The position numbers and the translations under genes were made by a program. A stretch of 64,000 nucleotides of DNA from Planctomycetota bacterium. Lineage in GTDB: Bacteria; Planctomycetota; UBA1135; UBA2386. The notes beneath the pieces were generated by a model that saw only the letters and a program-made list of their open reading frames with translations, did not search any database and had not been told where the DNA came from. The stretch is from NCBI GenBank assembly GCA_965228735.1, contig OZ245838.1, forward strand, positions 4,704,001 to 4,768,000. Reading direction: 5' to 3'. This document shows, piece after piece, positions 40,901-49,413 of this stretch; the first letter of the stretch is position 1, and every line of letters starts with the position of its first letter.

Positions 40901-41270
40901 AGGTTCATTGTATGGAGACCTAGTTCCCGGCGACGATTACCTCAGCGGTTTTGAGATGGGACTTGGCGCGGGGGTCATCATGGGGGGGAGGGCTGCTTTC
41001 GGGTATGGCGAAGCCGATGCGAGTTGGCTCGAGGGCGGTTCGTGGGCTGCCCTGGGCGCAGGTCTCGGCGCAGCCGCTGGTGGGATGCTCGGAGGCAGTG
41101 GAGCGCTAAGCGGCGCCGAACTGGAACTCTCAGTGACTCTAGGCGGCGGGAGTTTCGACCCTCTAAACCGCGGGAGTTTCAACCTTGAGGTCGAAGTTGG
41201 TTCAGACATCGGCTCCTTCCGTCCGGGATCTGCCGAGCAATACATTTGGGTAGGGTTCAGTATGAGATGA
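34983..41270 (+). CDS. Large RHS/YD-repeat protein with signal peptide and C-terminal variable domain
   Basis: Many YD dipeptides (YDARGRL, YDAAGQL); RHS core D.ETGL.Y.RNRFY...GRF.S.DP; PLTHNDRMGL in place of PxxxxDPxGL. Confidence 0.93.
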   Translation: MTTNLIAVRSPSARVDSCSSNGSASRRESAPLSGWARRAALFTLGCILLAISAPAQGFYMGQGNRWDQGTSASQEAPDETGADDPCPPSGGSTVDVNGDPEINDGREGRTIFAGSEPQYELYFPRILPDGPVHLDVVDPCPGGGDECPGGCGACIEAPVGEAEGGAPTPTWSLMVHAPGTSNPASSPHTTIGYKAAEGVFYHFPHDAGVAPTSFERRYVDGTVEKFEHVHTFGNGDRRFRPTERIDPYDNRTVWEYNGPDGRVSRVFFPDGVDQVWDYSPSWIDDPNTQDVEGWSSVYYAGIEVRYVDRLNGDQDLGRTEYRLFKKRTDAQGNLVGNTRPYDGDPLYRIYRPSAESLDSLSATQLLDGTLYDVATDDARYPVVEFEHLSGESYITKISRFTADGVLPTSSTTTPQEIVSYTYVTVGARMRVLKETQALTGRQYDFVYEVDVDSNNRVQRVIRTDHDGVEVDWTLDDYNRVLTIKTTPPSSKLPRASDPDSGGFDAPANMTRTFTYSGCSQCSGKPSTIEDQPSGRRWEYDYDLVTGLLEESRVPDPSDGVGFAVTKFTWVPSTSGDFYGQYRLSSVESADNKITTYAYVDTARVDASWGVKASEMTVSSPPTTIGGTTGTVVIERETKFNTSSPPLDQTNQQEGLVGQVSEETDADGVTTAFTYDARGRLTTIQRQGATETVTATTAFSLLGELLEMRRRVGSTLQLVENYTYDAAGQLKTKTYTVNGQPHEERFFYDSFGNLVVHQTKNRTHAGLAPNDFGPSPRTDAARDWLRNEWHYEGNRLRVAFLDRRALDRDADTQDPVADDPDARFARVDYTWSADGWLLQVAHANGSVTAHEYDGYGALYRTDRRDGASSVSMLVGKFFVNDDLEVVKEYRSTGSEDLATLLTRNAAGFVEEVLEPEVTAPITGMAVPAFAKREFDWDVMGRLVEERVRDGASPHALRATRSTTYDEIGRPYIRTIVDPGGATQTFTTQWTGGGQPTLTTGPGGRAVERTFDDLGRLKRIYRGGSGANRDFVEFFYAAGTDLVDRTEHNDWDDLKSGGAGHVTRQKVYERDALGRVLTLRDGPTGNSLDHEFEYYSTGFTESYTDPAGKVHKYLPDAMGRIREHSLPATVAAPIWNEVRYLDWTGGSDSSEVVRTDGRGRVTRIIRDFAGRVTVVMNPGASTEPTAASPSQPFSQFFEYDGASRVVGVHQGDDAHLQLDRDGMGRLIVRTVTAGDSDYVSAFYGRDILGRDALGQVVHSYSRFGLNGVAGQYLEQDYERDALGRTHRESFRYEAPPWGPSNWVDIESTFSGGDWFRTGVAYRNNLGSGTDDLELYTAPDSVGRLATLQWSSDGGTTVRSLAAYVHHGWRIRQRTTHWDAGTNDNFDTTYSYDDYGRMDEIEQSFSTGANDADVAFSYDVASNLISEVYQKQDGSDGDRFEYDEHHRLVDAWLGADSTELANPGTGTFVRRLTYGLDAANNRSQVDDYLSSPGTTTTTTYAVDADPPTVSNPDNRYNAVGGVTFTYDERGNTTFDGNLYYVYDALNRLSEVYLLVSDDTTESSSAMSGGSTSLTTMSSLRRLEVASGPFVIQNQQVLADARERMLSGVPGGAGGILWRSREPLFREYLKESIPSQGAWRTSGGSSTTSTSSLGGAESATLHLVAVYQYDPSNRRVARLLMPSPDGEPGQYFFYAWDGWHEAEELTSNLQSTQVVPERQFAWGEQLDELVAYRIRQSGSGFAEYFVAEGGAHCPSRLLDDSGSVVEIQEYGPYGAVWHFSGAGVPRSGSDATVGNVFGWKMMRIDGETGLGYRRNRFYSTSTGRFMSVDPSGIWWDAHGLGNGYVYAGSRPLTHNDRMGLQADPGAQPDFRSLLLDPLRDSLSDAAKREAKDSLLKPIGDRDYGDVRWPDLGRIQTDFSRNLRRALEEAGSDYRCPPFGSDIGGYDDDPYDPWGSKIISGTLAKWLSDYRGDSWRLRGSLYGDLVPGDDYLSGFEMGLGAGVIMGGRAAFGYGEADASWLEGGSWAALGAGLGAAAGGMLGGSGALSGAELELSVTLGGGSFDPLNRGSFNLEVEVGSDIGSFRPGSAEQYIWVGFSMR

Positions 41271-41313
41271 GTTTTCGTTTGCGTTCCGATAGAGAAGTTC
41301 CGAGGATTACAAT

Positions 41314-42108
41314 ATGCGCATGGTTTCCCTGGCAGCGGCCACCTCATTGGGGTTTGGTCTTGGTTTCGTCCCGTGGCAGCAAGGTAGTGAGTCGGAGGTC
41401 TACCGGGACTCCGACGGGAGGGTTCGTTGTCGTGTCGGGGCGCTAGAGTCGGGCGCAGGAGCTTTTGGCGTTGAAGTGCTTTCTGAGTCAGGAGACGTCG
41501 TAGTTGTCCTTAGTGCGGATTCAGCTGGTGCCCGAGTTTGTGCTGGTAGTCCGGGGGATGAGGGCAGCGTAGAGTTCACGTGCACAGATCGGGGTAGCGC
41601 TGTTAGACTTAGGTCGAACTCCGGCGACGCGATTGCACTGACATATGACCCAGGGGGAGGAGTGTCTCTCACGGGGGCTTCCAAGGATGGGAGCGCGTTC
41701 GAGCTCTCGAGCAATGCCACCGACGGGGCCCGCCTTACTGTCGAATCCCGTGAGGCGAGGTCCACGCTTCGGTCTTCAGATGGCAACGGTGTCTTCGAAA
41801 TGGCGTTGCGGGGAGAGAGGAGCGTTCGCGTGGCTTGCAGCTCAGACGGGTCTGCCGAAGTGGCCCTGGGAGCAAAGGGTGGAGCGGGTGTTAGACTTGA
41901 GAATCGGGTCGATGGTATCGATTCTGTTATCATTGGCGACCAAGCTCATGGCCCTGCGATTGTGATGCAATCGCGGGGTGACGAAGGCGCGGGCATCACA
42001 TTCTTTAACGACAAGCTGGTTCCAGTTCACCAGATTGGCTTGAAGGCCTCCGGCGAAGTATTCGACACATGGCCCGCAGTTAAGTCGCGCCGAGAGGCTG
42101 GCCGATGA
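41314..42108 (+). CDS. Exported beta-repeat protein, possible RHS immunity or partner
   Basis: Directly downstream of RHS, hydrophobic N-terminus, altered base composition. Confidence 0.55.
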   Translation: MRMVSLAAATSLGFGLGFVPWQQGSESEVYRDSDGRVRCRVGALESGAGAFGVEVLSESGDVVVVLSADSAGARVCAGSPGDEGSVEFTCTDRGSAVRLRSNSGDAIALTYDPGGGVSLTGASKDGSAFELSSNATDGARLTVESREARSTLRSSDGNGVFEMALRGERSVRVACSSDGSAEVALGAKGGAGVRLENRVDGIDSVIIGDQAHGPAIVMQSRGDEGAGITFFNDKLVPVHQIGLKASGEVFDTWPAVKSRREAGR

Positions 42109-42830
42109 TGAGTCGTCTTGGGAGCTACTTTCCCTGGTTGGTTCTCTTAGTTGTCGTGGCTTGTGTTGCTCAGTCAGGCGGGTCGGTCGGGCGTGGACAT
42201 GCCTTTCACGCCTTCGGAGATGGGTCCGTTGAGTTTCGCATCAATGGTCCAGGTGGGGCTCGTGTCGCTCTCACATCCGGACTCGGGCGGGCGAGAGTAG
42301 AAGCCGCAGCGTCGCGGATGGCTGGGTCAGCGGCGATTCGGCTTGAAGCGGCGGGGGGCGCCGCGATTTCGAGCCGTGATTCGCTCGCGCTAGAGGTTGG
42401 TCCCGACCGGGAATCGCGAGTGGCGATTCGTCTTGGCGATGTTGCCATCGAGGCGGGCCAAGCTGATGGCGGTCGGGTGATCCTGGAGCGGGGTCAACGA
42501 GGCAACCGAGGAACGGACTTGTTGCCGCGCTCGATGGCAGTAGGTGGGCGGCTGCAATTGGTCGCAACCAGAGACGGTGGGGTTCTCGTATTGTATTCAA
42601 AAACCCGTTCGGGGGGCGGATTGCGTGCGTCGTTGGGGGCGCATCCTGGAGCAGATGACGATGGCGCTGTGGCGTTCAAACTGGGGAACTGCCTGGTCCA
42701 AGTTGCTGCCAGGATCGCGCGAACCCTACTGGGCGATGGTGGGAACGGTGGAGAGGGCTTGGAGTGGTCGGCAAAGGGGGGGTTCGTGTGGTTTGTACGT
42801 GCACGAGACGGTGGGCTCCAATTGAAGTGA
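42105..42830 (+). CDS. Exported hypothetical protein, second RHS-downstream gene
   Basis: ATGA overlap; signal-peptide-like N-terminus. Confidence 0.5.
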   Translation: MMSRLGSYFPWLVLLVVVACVAQSGGSVGRGHAFHAFGDGSVEFRINGPGGARVALTSGLGRARVEAAASRMAGSAAIRLEAAGGAAISSRDSLALEVGPDRESRVAIRLGDVAIEAGQADGGRVILERGQRGNRGTDLLPRSMAVGGRLQLVATRDGGVLVLYSKTRSGGGLRASLGAHPGADDDGAVAFKLGNCLVQVAARIARTLLGDGGNGGEGLEWSAKGGFVWFVRARDGGLQLK

Positions 42831-42911
42831 TCCTTTCGTGGTGTTCGCAGTCAGCCAGTCAGTGTGACCATTCGGCTCAGTTTTCGGCCGTGCGGACCGC
42901 GCTTCCGCGTG

Positions 42912-43240
42912 AGTGTGCAACACAGTGTGCAACAGAATGTGCAGTGCCCTCGTTCACACCCTGACACGATTTGGCACAATGTGGCACAACCGCGCGACGC
43001 CCTGATCGCCACATCGCCCGACACGTGGCGCAGATAGGCACGATCTGGCACTGCCTGTCACACCCTGGCACAACCCCGCGCTCCGTCTTCGAGTCCTGCA
43101 GGGCCTATCACTCGCACTCCTCGAATGTGGCCGTTGACGGCCGATTCGAGGGGGTTCGGGGTCTGGGCGAGGGGCAGTGTGCAACAGAGTGTGCAACGGT
43201 CTTGTTCACAGCCTGGCACGACGTGGCACGATCTGGCACG
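42912..43240. repeat. Arm-type and Xis-type repeat arrays flanking the att core
   Basis: AGTGTGCAAC(A) pairs at 42912/42924 and 43176/43188; TGGCAC repeats at about 10-bp spacing on both sides. Confidence 0.75.
43088..43107 (+). other. att core: tRNA 3'-end fragment (isotype not assignable)
   Basis: TTCGAGTCCTGCAGGGCCTA reads as T-loop, 3' T-stem, acceptor strand and discriminator, with no 5' tRNA half upstream. Confidence 0.62.
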
Positions 43241-43432
43241 GGGTGGCGTCGGCGCTGCAGGGTGTGTCCTGCAGCGGAGCGCGTTTCGCCGGGTGCTGGT
43301 GCTCGGGGGCGTGTGCGGGCCGACGTTGCCCCGTGTGGGCGGCTTCTGGGCTGCGCAGAGATCCTGCGCCATCAGTGTTGCTGTCCTGGTGGGCAGCGCT
43401 CGCGGCCTCACTCGGTCGCGAGTAGCTTGGCA

Positions 43433-43942
43433 CTATCGTGAACGGAGAGCGGCCCCGAGCGCACCTAGCATGCCTGGGGCTATCTCACGGGCCAGTTCGG
43501 TTGTCGCCATGCTTGAGATCAACACAGCACGAAGAAGGTGAGTCTTCGTTGGAATCTGGTTGAGGATTCGATCGAAGAGTTCGCGGACACCGCTCTCCTC
43601 CAACGACAGCCATCGATCGGCGCTCCAGCCAGAGAATTGAATCGACCAGCATCGTCTGTCCGCTTCGCGCGTCTCAATCGTCGCGCTCAAGTTGGGAGCG
43701 ACTTCGCCCAACGGCACCATGTTCAGTGGGCCAGCTGTCTCGGCCTCACCCGTGGGCATCGAGTTGTACTCGAACCGAAAGATCACTGAATCAGGCGAGG
43801 CAGTGTCGTACTGCAAGGTGGCTGCAGACGGCATGTCTCGTGCCATCGCGTAGTAGCGATCGTTTCCGACGCGATGGGGACCCAGCTTTCTAAGCCGTTG
43901 GCCTGGCGAGATCGTGACTGATGCAGAATCGGTCATCGGCAT
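43433..43942 (-). CDS. Hypothetical protein
   Basis: Overlaps the upstream gene, operon-like. Confidence 0.5.
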   Translation of the reverse strand: MPMTDSASVTISPGQRLRKLGPHRVGNDRYYAMARDMPSAATLQYDTASPDSVIFRFEYNSMPTGEAETAGPLNMVPLGEVAPNLSATIETREADRRCWSIQFSGWSADRWLSLEESGVRELFDRILNQIPTKTHLLRAVLISSMATTELAREIAPGMLGALGAALRSR

Positions 43943-44862
43943 GCCTCCACTAGCTTGCGAAGAACACGGCGTGCGAAGTAGTCAATAGCGATGAACACGC
44001 TTGCCTCCATCTGCTGCAGGCGAGCTTTGAGTTCCACTTCGTTGTTGCTTGGTCGGGTCGTTTTCTCGAGATCCTCTAGCCGCTCACTACTGCCAAGGAC
44101 ATTCGCAGCTACGCGGGCATCGACACAAACTACTCCGATCTTGCCGCTGTGGTGCTCGGATTCGTGCCGCAGAGTCCCGGCGAGGACGTAGCTGGCTGGG
44201 CGCGACTCCATGCTGCTACTTAAGACGCCCATGGCATCGCGGTATTCCCTCGAACTCGAGTCTACGCTCCCATCCGCGCTTCGTGGTGCTGATTTCGCCA
44301 TGTTGGTTGAGTCACGCCACGCCATGCCGGCGACGCCGTCGTAACTTCCCTTGTTCGTGTCGATCTCCAACCAGCGCGACTGCGCAACGTCCGATCCCGG
44401 CGCGTTTCGAAGCAGCGGGCGAAGATACGTCTTGCCGTTCTTGGGGTCCTTATAGGTCATCAGAAGAGTGACCCGGAAGTCGCTGTTGTCGTTCAGCAAG
44501 TAGAAGATCCCCTCGAGAAACCGCTGCGCGCGCGTGAGCGCTTCATCCAGCAACTCATCACGTCGGGCGGCCTTGGCGGCCACCGGTATCAGTTCGGCGA
44601 ACGTTAGTGCGCCAAGCAGCCAGGCGGCATGAACCTTGGTGACCGAGAACCAACTGAGAACCGCCGCAGTGGCGAGCCCGATCCTCACGACGGATAGAAG
44701 CCAAAACCAGACCCAGCCGCCTTCGATCTTGAGAGCGATGCGGCCGAGGAAGCGAAGCACTGATCGGAGCCACTCGGTCCCCTTAGGCCAGCTACGACGC
44801 TGACTCTCGGCCCTTTCGAAGATCCGGTTGCAGTAGTCGGCATCATCCCGGACGACCCTCAT
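43933..44862 (-). CDS. Membrane protein with possible GAF-like C-terminal domain
   Basis: Two TM segments, then FRVTLL...GVAGMAW...IGVVCVD. Confidence 0.6.
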   Translation of the reverse strand: MRVVRDDADYCNRIFERAESQRRSWPKGTEWLRSVLRFLGRIALKIEGGWVWFWLLSVVRIGLATAAVLSWFSVTKVHAAWLLGALTFAELIPVAAKAARRDELLDEALTRAQRFLEGIFYLLNDNSDFRVTLLMTYKDPKNGKTYLRPLLRNAPGSDVAQSRWLEIDTNKGSYDGVAGMAWRDSTNMAKSAPRSADGSVDSSSREYRDAMGVLSSSMESRPASYVLAGTLRHESEHHSGKIGVVCVDARVAANVLGSSERLEDLEKTTRPSNNEVELKARLQQMEASVFIAIDYFARRVLRKLVEACR

Positions 44863-44945
44863 TCTTCTGCAAGATCCCGCGCACGACCAATTCAGTCAAG
44901 AATCCGTCGCCCCGAAAGGTGGTTGTGGGGATCTGCCCTCTCCGA

Positions 44946-45410
44946 TTACGCGCCTGAGAACATTTTCGGCACCGGAAACGTCCCCGGCACCTCCCGGAAC
45001 AGGTCGTCCTCTCCAAGTTCGCCGTAGAGGTCCATCGTCAGCCGGATGTCCGAGTGCCGTAGGACCTGCTGTATGATCTTCGGGTGGACGTTGAGCTCGA
45101 TGAGGATCCGGGCGCAGCTCTTGCGTAGCGCGTGGAAGTCAACGCGTCGGGTCGTAGCACTGCGCTGCGGCGTCAGGCCGGCGTAGGCCGCGTCCTTGCG
45201 CACGATCTCGGCGATCTTCGAGGGCACCCGGAAGACGGGGTCCGTCTCGCGCACCGGGCCAGCGAGGCGCTCCATCTGTAGCTTGCTCCGGCGAGTCCGC
45301 ATGTTGCGCAGGGCTTGGGCGACGAAGTCCTGCAAGGGCACGAGAGCGTCGTCGCCGTTCTTCGTGAACTGGCCGGCCAGGCGCACGCACGGCTTGTCAC
45401 CCGAGCGCAT
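44946..45410 (-). pseudogene. C-terminal integrase fragment
   Basis: Begins at G.KPCVRLAGQF, lacks GFRANE; near-identical to 47950-48380. Confidence 0.88.
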
Positions 45411-45444
45411 CTTGCCGCCCTCTGCAAGTCCTGAGAACAAGCTG

Positions 45445-46188
45445 CTACTGCTCCTTGCTTTGGTCCTCTGGTGCAAGTGCCTTCTGCAGATGGTCCAGGA
45501 ATACGCCTTCGAGCTGCCCCGTCGTGACGGGCTCGGGATTCGTGGGTGTTGGTTGCACGTGCGCTTGAAGAAGTGAGATCAGGCGATCGGTGCTTTGGAT
45601 CGGTGCGCCCTCGAGGAAGTCGTGCCAGACCCAGCCGTTCCACAGCTTCAAGCTGTCGGCTGTCGACACGTTCACGTTAATCGTGACCTTTAGCTTCTCC
45701 TCCGCGAAGCGCGCGACGAAGACGTTGAAGCTCACGGCAGATCGACACGCTGCCGGCTCGCTAGTGACGATCGGATCCGGTTGCCGTTCCTCTTTCGTGA
45801 CTCTCCCTGTGGCGCGGACAACTGCGGCGTTCGCCGAGCCCTCGAAACGAACCGGTTCGAGCCATTGCTTCAGGATGTAGCGAGTGCTCGTGACGTTGCC
45901 GAGCTTGACGATCCCATCACCGTCCGAGCCGCTTGTCAGCATCTTCTTTGCGACGACGATGCCCGAGTCCTTCTCAAGAGTCTCGATCGAGATCTGCTGC
46001 TCCGCGAAGAACTGAATGATCGCTTCCCACGCCTTGTCGAACGACACGTTCTCGAACGTCCGTGAGTTTGCAACGGAAGGCACTGCGGGTGGAGTGTAGG
46101 CCTGCGCGAGCTGATGCGCCGTCCGAGTGGCTGTGCAGGCGGTGCATGCGAATGCAGCGAGAAGGGCGATCGTCGTCTTCTTCAGCAT
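45445..46188 (-). CDS. Lipoprotein (BamC-like fold possible)
   Basis: MLKKTTIALLAAFACTAC; SRTF...FDKAWEAII...DSGIV. Confidence 0.7.
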   Translation of the reverse strand: MLKKTTIALLAAFACTACTATRTAHQLAQAYTPPAVPSVANSRTFENVSFDKAWEAIIQFFAEQQISIETLEKDSGIVVAKKMLTSGSDGDGIVKLGNVTSTRYILKQWLEPVRFEGSANAAVVRATGRVTKEERQPDPIVTSEPAACRSAVSFNVFVARFAEEKLKVTINVNVSTADSLKLWNGWVWHDFLEGAPIQSTDRLISLLQAHVQPTPTNPEPVTTGQLEGVFLDHLQKALAPEDQSKEQ

Positions 46189-46448
46189 GAGGGAGGCTCT
46201 CCTGGTCATTCTCCTCCCTCCAGCATGATCACGTGTGGAAGTTTGCGCAACTCGATTCCCTTGCCTGAGCGGTGTGGCTCCCTCACAACGCTTGGCAGTG
46301 AACTCGACGGCATGATCAAGGCACTGGCCGCCGTGGCGGTCGTCTTCGCGTTGAACCGGACCGCCAAGCCATGCGAGTCTTGGCTGTGCAGCGAGTTGAC
46401 CGTAAGTGTGAGCACGAAGTAACGACTGCGTTCGCGTAGGATGAAGGC

Positions 46449-47768
46449 ATGATCAAGAAGAAGGGGTCGCGATGGAATCCCGAGCATCTGGAAGTCGTCA
46501 GAGAGGGGGCTGAAGCGATTCGGCAGTGGCGCAAGAGACACCCGGGTGGGCAGCTTGAACTAGTAGGCGTCAAAGACCTTGCCGGTGCGAAACTAGCGCG
46601 TGCCGATCTGAGTGGTTCGAACCTCGCCGAGGCGAACCTCGTGCGGGCCGATCTGGCTGGAGCAGACCTCAGGAATGCCACACTCGATCGGGCTGATCTC
46701 AGTGACGCTGATTTGACCGCGGCGTTCCTCTCTGGGTCATCTCTCTGCGGCGCTCGTCTTCGGGGCGCCGACATCAGGGGCGCGAACCTTCGGGACGCGG
46801 AGATTAGCCACGCGGACCTGTCCAGCGCTTCGCTTGTCGACGCCGACCTCACAGGCGTGAACCTGGCGAGCTCTGATCTTTCGAACGCGACCCTCAAGCG
46901 GGCAAACCTAAAGAAATCCAATCTGTGCGAAGCGAACTTGTCCGATGCCTCCCTTGAATTCGCATATCTCGGGAGGGCGAACCTCGCGAGTGCAAATCTC
47001 TCTCGGGCGGAGCTGGGGTGGGCGGTACTGACGAACTGCAACTGGGAAGGGGCCGTCGTGGCTCGCCCGCAGATGCGGAATACCATCATCGGCTCAGATC
47101 TGACAGCCGCGGCCGTGCTTGATGTGTTCCATGGTGCGCGTTCCAAGATCACCTCCGATTGTCTGCTCCGGGCCACCCGGCGTCCCTGGCCCATCGAGTT
47201 CCTCCGCGGCGTCGGCCTCTCCAACGCCGAGATCGACTTTGCTCGATCGATGTCCTCTAACGCACTGGACTTCTACTCCGCCTTCATCAGCTACAGCGCC
47301 AAGGGCGAGGACGACCGCTTCGCCGTCAAGCTGCACGATGCGCTGCAGGTCACGGGCGTGCGCTGCTGGCTTGACAAGCACGAGGTTGATCCCGGCGATG
47401 ACGTACTCGAGCGCATCAACGAGGGTGTGCGTCTCTGGGACAAGGTACTGCTGGTTTGTTCTAGACAGTCACTCAAGAGCCACTGGGTCCGGCGCGAAGT
47501 AGAGCGTGCATTTCAGAAAGAGAAGGAGCTCGAGGATCGCCATGGCAAGCGGATTCTCTGCATCATGCCCATCGACCTCGACGGCTACCTCTTCAGCCGT
47601 CACTGCACCTTCAAGTTCACGAGCGACCTTCGCGAGCGCCACGCTGCCAAGTTCCGGGGTTGGCAGGACGACGAGAGCATCTTCGACACGCAACTGGAGC
47701 GGGTCGTCAAGGCACTCCGGTCGGGCGACATGGTGCGGCCGCCGCCGCCTACGTCAAAGCTAGGCTAG
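46449..47768 (+). CDS. Pentapeptide-repeat + C-terminal TIR protein
   Basis: A(D/N)Lxx repeats; FISYS...WLD...SHWVRREV with the conserved Glu. Confidence 0.92.
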   Translation: MIKKKGSRWNPEHLEVVREGAEAIRQWRKRHPGGQLELVGVKDLAGAKLARADLSGSNLAEANLVRADLAGADLRNATLDRADLSDADLTAAFLSGSSLCGARLRGADIRGANLRDAEISHADLSSASLVDADLTGVNLASSDLSNATLKRANLKKSNLCEANLSDASLEFAYLGRANLASANLSRAELGWAVLTNCNWEGAVVARPQMRNTIIGSDLTAAAVLDVFHGARSKITSDCLLRATRRPWPIEFLRGVGLSNAEIDFARSMSSNALDFYSAFISYSAKGEDDRFAVKLHDALQVTGVRCWLDKHEVDPGDDVLERINEGVRLWDKVLLVCSRQSLKSHWVRREVERAFQKEKELEDRHGKRILCIMPIDLDGYLFSRHCTFKFTSDLRERHAAKFRGWQDDESIFDTQLERVVKALRSGDMVRPPPPTSKLG

Positions 47769-47790
47769 TTGGTGCCACAGTCGCCGCCGC

Positions 47791-47920
47791 TTACTTCACT
47801 CGGAGGACTCGGTGGGCGACGTCGTTCACGGGGACGGTCTCGGCTGCGTCGGGGTGGGAGATGTTCAGCTCGTTCCCACGCGCAGCCGAACTTGTCTTCT
47901 TAGGCGAACAGCGATCTCCC
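47791..47920 (-). pseudogene. 3' remnant of the tail-collar gene
   Basis: Colinear with 21061-21190 (ELNISHPDAAETVPVN vs ELNIFHPDETETVPVN). Confidence 0.82.
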
Positions 47921-49135
47921 AGGCGTCTCGGTCTCGTTGAACATTCTCGGCACCGGGAACGTCCCCGGCACCTCTCGGAACAGGTCGTCCTCGCCGAGCT
48001 CGCCGTAGAGGTCCATCGTGAGCCGGATGTCCGAGTGCCGCAGGACCTGCTGGATGATCTTCGGGTGGACGTTGAGCTCGATAAGGATCCGCGCGCAGCT
48101 CTTGCGCAGGCCGTGGAAGTCGACACGCCGAGTCGTCGCGCTGCGCTGCGGCGTCAAGCCGGCGTGGGCCGCGTCCTTGCGCACGATTTCGGCGATCTTG
48201 GACGGCACTCGGAACACCGGGTCCGTTTCGCGCACGGGGCCAGCGAGGCGCTCCATCTGTAGCTTGCTCCGGCGAGTCCGCATGTTGCGCAGGGCTTGGG
48301 CGACGAAGTCCTGCAAGGGCACGAGAGCGTCGTCGCCGTTCTTCGTGAACTGGCCGGCCAGGCGCACGCATGGCTTGTTGCCAGTCAGCGTCAGGTCCTC
48401 CCAGTAGATCGACGCGCACTCGTTGGCGCGGAAGCCCGTCGTCAGCGTGAACCAGTAGAGCACTTGCCGGTCGCGGACAGCCTCACCGCCATCGTGGGTT
48501 GGCGTTCCGCCGAGCACGCGCTCTTCCTCGAACCGCGCCCAGGCCGCTTCGACGAGTTGCTCGGCTTCCTCGAAGCGGAAGCCAACGCGCCGGTAGACGC
48601 GGTGCTTGTCGCGTTTCGGAGTGCGCACGCGTAGTTGATGGAACGGGTCGCGGTCCCAGCGTCCCGTGCGTTCAAGCCACCGGCCGAAAGCGCGGAGTGC
48701 CCCGGCGTGGTGGTCGCGCGTCTTGACGCTGCGCTTGGTGCGAATGCGCGCGAGGAAGCGCTCGACGTCCGGCAGCGCGATCGACGGAATCGTTGCGACC
48801 TTTGCGAACGATGCGAACGCCCGGATCTGTCGAATCGACTCGCGCACGTAGCGCGGGTTGCGGTCCTCGGACTCCAGGTTCGCCTTGTAGTCGTCGACCA
48901 GCTTGCCGATCGGCATTGTGCGGAACTCGGCGTAGCGGTCGACCTCGCCGAACTTGGCCTTCTCTACGTCGCGGACCTTTCGTGCCAGGGCGTCACGGGC
49001 GACGCGCAGGTCCTTCGTCTTGGCCGAGCGACGCCGCACGACCCCTGCTTCGTCGGTGTAGACAAAGTGCCAGTAGGGGCTCCCAGGTCGCTTGTACGGG
49101 TTGCCCCGCCAGGCGTTCTCCGGGCTTTTCTTCAC
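47900..49135 (-). CDS. Phage-type tyrosine integrase (element B)
   Basis: Same catalytic motifs and highly similar to 3909-5162. Confidence 0.93.
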   Translation of the reverse strand: MKKSPENAWRGNPYKRPGSPYWHFVYTDEAGVVRRRSAKTKDLRVARDALARKVRDVEKAKFGEVDRYAEFRTMPIGKLVDDYKANLESEDRNPRYVRESIRQIRAFASFAKVATIPSIALPDVERFLARIRTKRSVKTRDHHAGALRAFGRWLERTGRWDRDPFHQLRVRTPKRDKHRVYRRVGFRFEEAEQLVEAAWARFEEERVLGGTPTHDGGEAVRDRQVLYWFTLTTGFRANECASIYWEDLTLTGNKPCVRLAGQFTKNGDDALVPLQDFVAQALRNMRTRRSKLQMERLAGPVRETDPVFRVPSKIAEIVRKDAAHAGLTPQRSATTRRVDFHGLRKSCARILIELNVHPKIIQQVLRHSDIRLTMDLYGELGEDDLFREVPGTFPVPRMFNETETPGRSLFA

Positions 49136-49413
49136 GCGGCACCCTCGACGAACGCGAGCACTTCCGAGGCGACGAGCAGCGTGCGGCCGCGCAGGCGGCG
49201 TGGCTCGGGAAAGCCGGAATCGGGATCAGCCATCAACCGCCACACACTGCGCTTCGAGACGCCGACCATGAAGGCCGTTTCGGGGACAGACCAGAACCTC
49301 TTCTCCTCCAACTCGCATCGGTCGAAAGGTGCAGGTTTGTGGGTTGATGCCGTCGGCGGCGCATGGATGTCGCTCTCGCGGGCCGGTGGGGCGAGGTCGG
49401 GGTCGTGAGTCAT
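49132..49413 (-). CDS. Excisionase / AlpA-like HTH
   Basis: WSVPETAFMVGVSKRSVWRLM...FPEP. Confidence 0.85.
   Translation of the reverse strand: MTHDPDLAPPARESDIHAPPTASTHKPAPFDRCELEEKRFWSVPETAFMVGVSKRSVWRLMADPDSGFPEPRRLRGRTLLVASEVLAFVEGAA

Larger units (their letters stand above)
2750..43107. mobile_element. Integrative element A (satellite/IME-like, no capsid genes); left boundary uncertain and may lie outside the window
   Basis: int-xis-SpoVG-like-DUF1580-primase core at the left; XerC-like, DUF5681 and ParB-MTase genes internal; att-like junction at 43.1 kb. Confidence 0.65.

Noticed and set aside
43030..43110. Complete tRNA gene
   Set aside because: Only the T-loop and 3' acceptor strand are present; upstream sequence does not supply the 5' T-stem, D arm or anticodon arm.
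42912..43240. CRISPR array
   Set aside because: Repeats are 6-11 bp without regular unique spacers, and no cas genes were seen.
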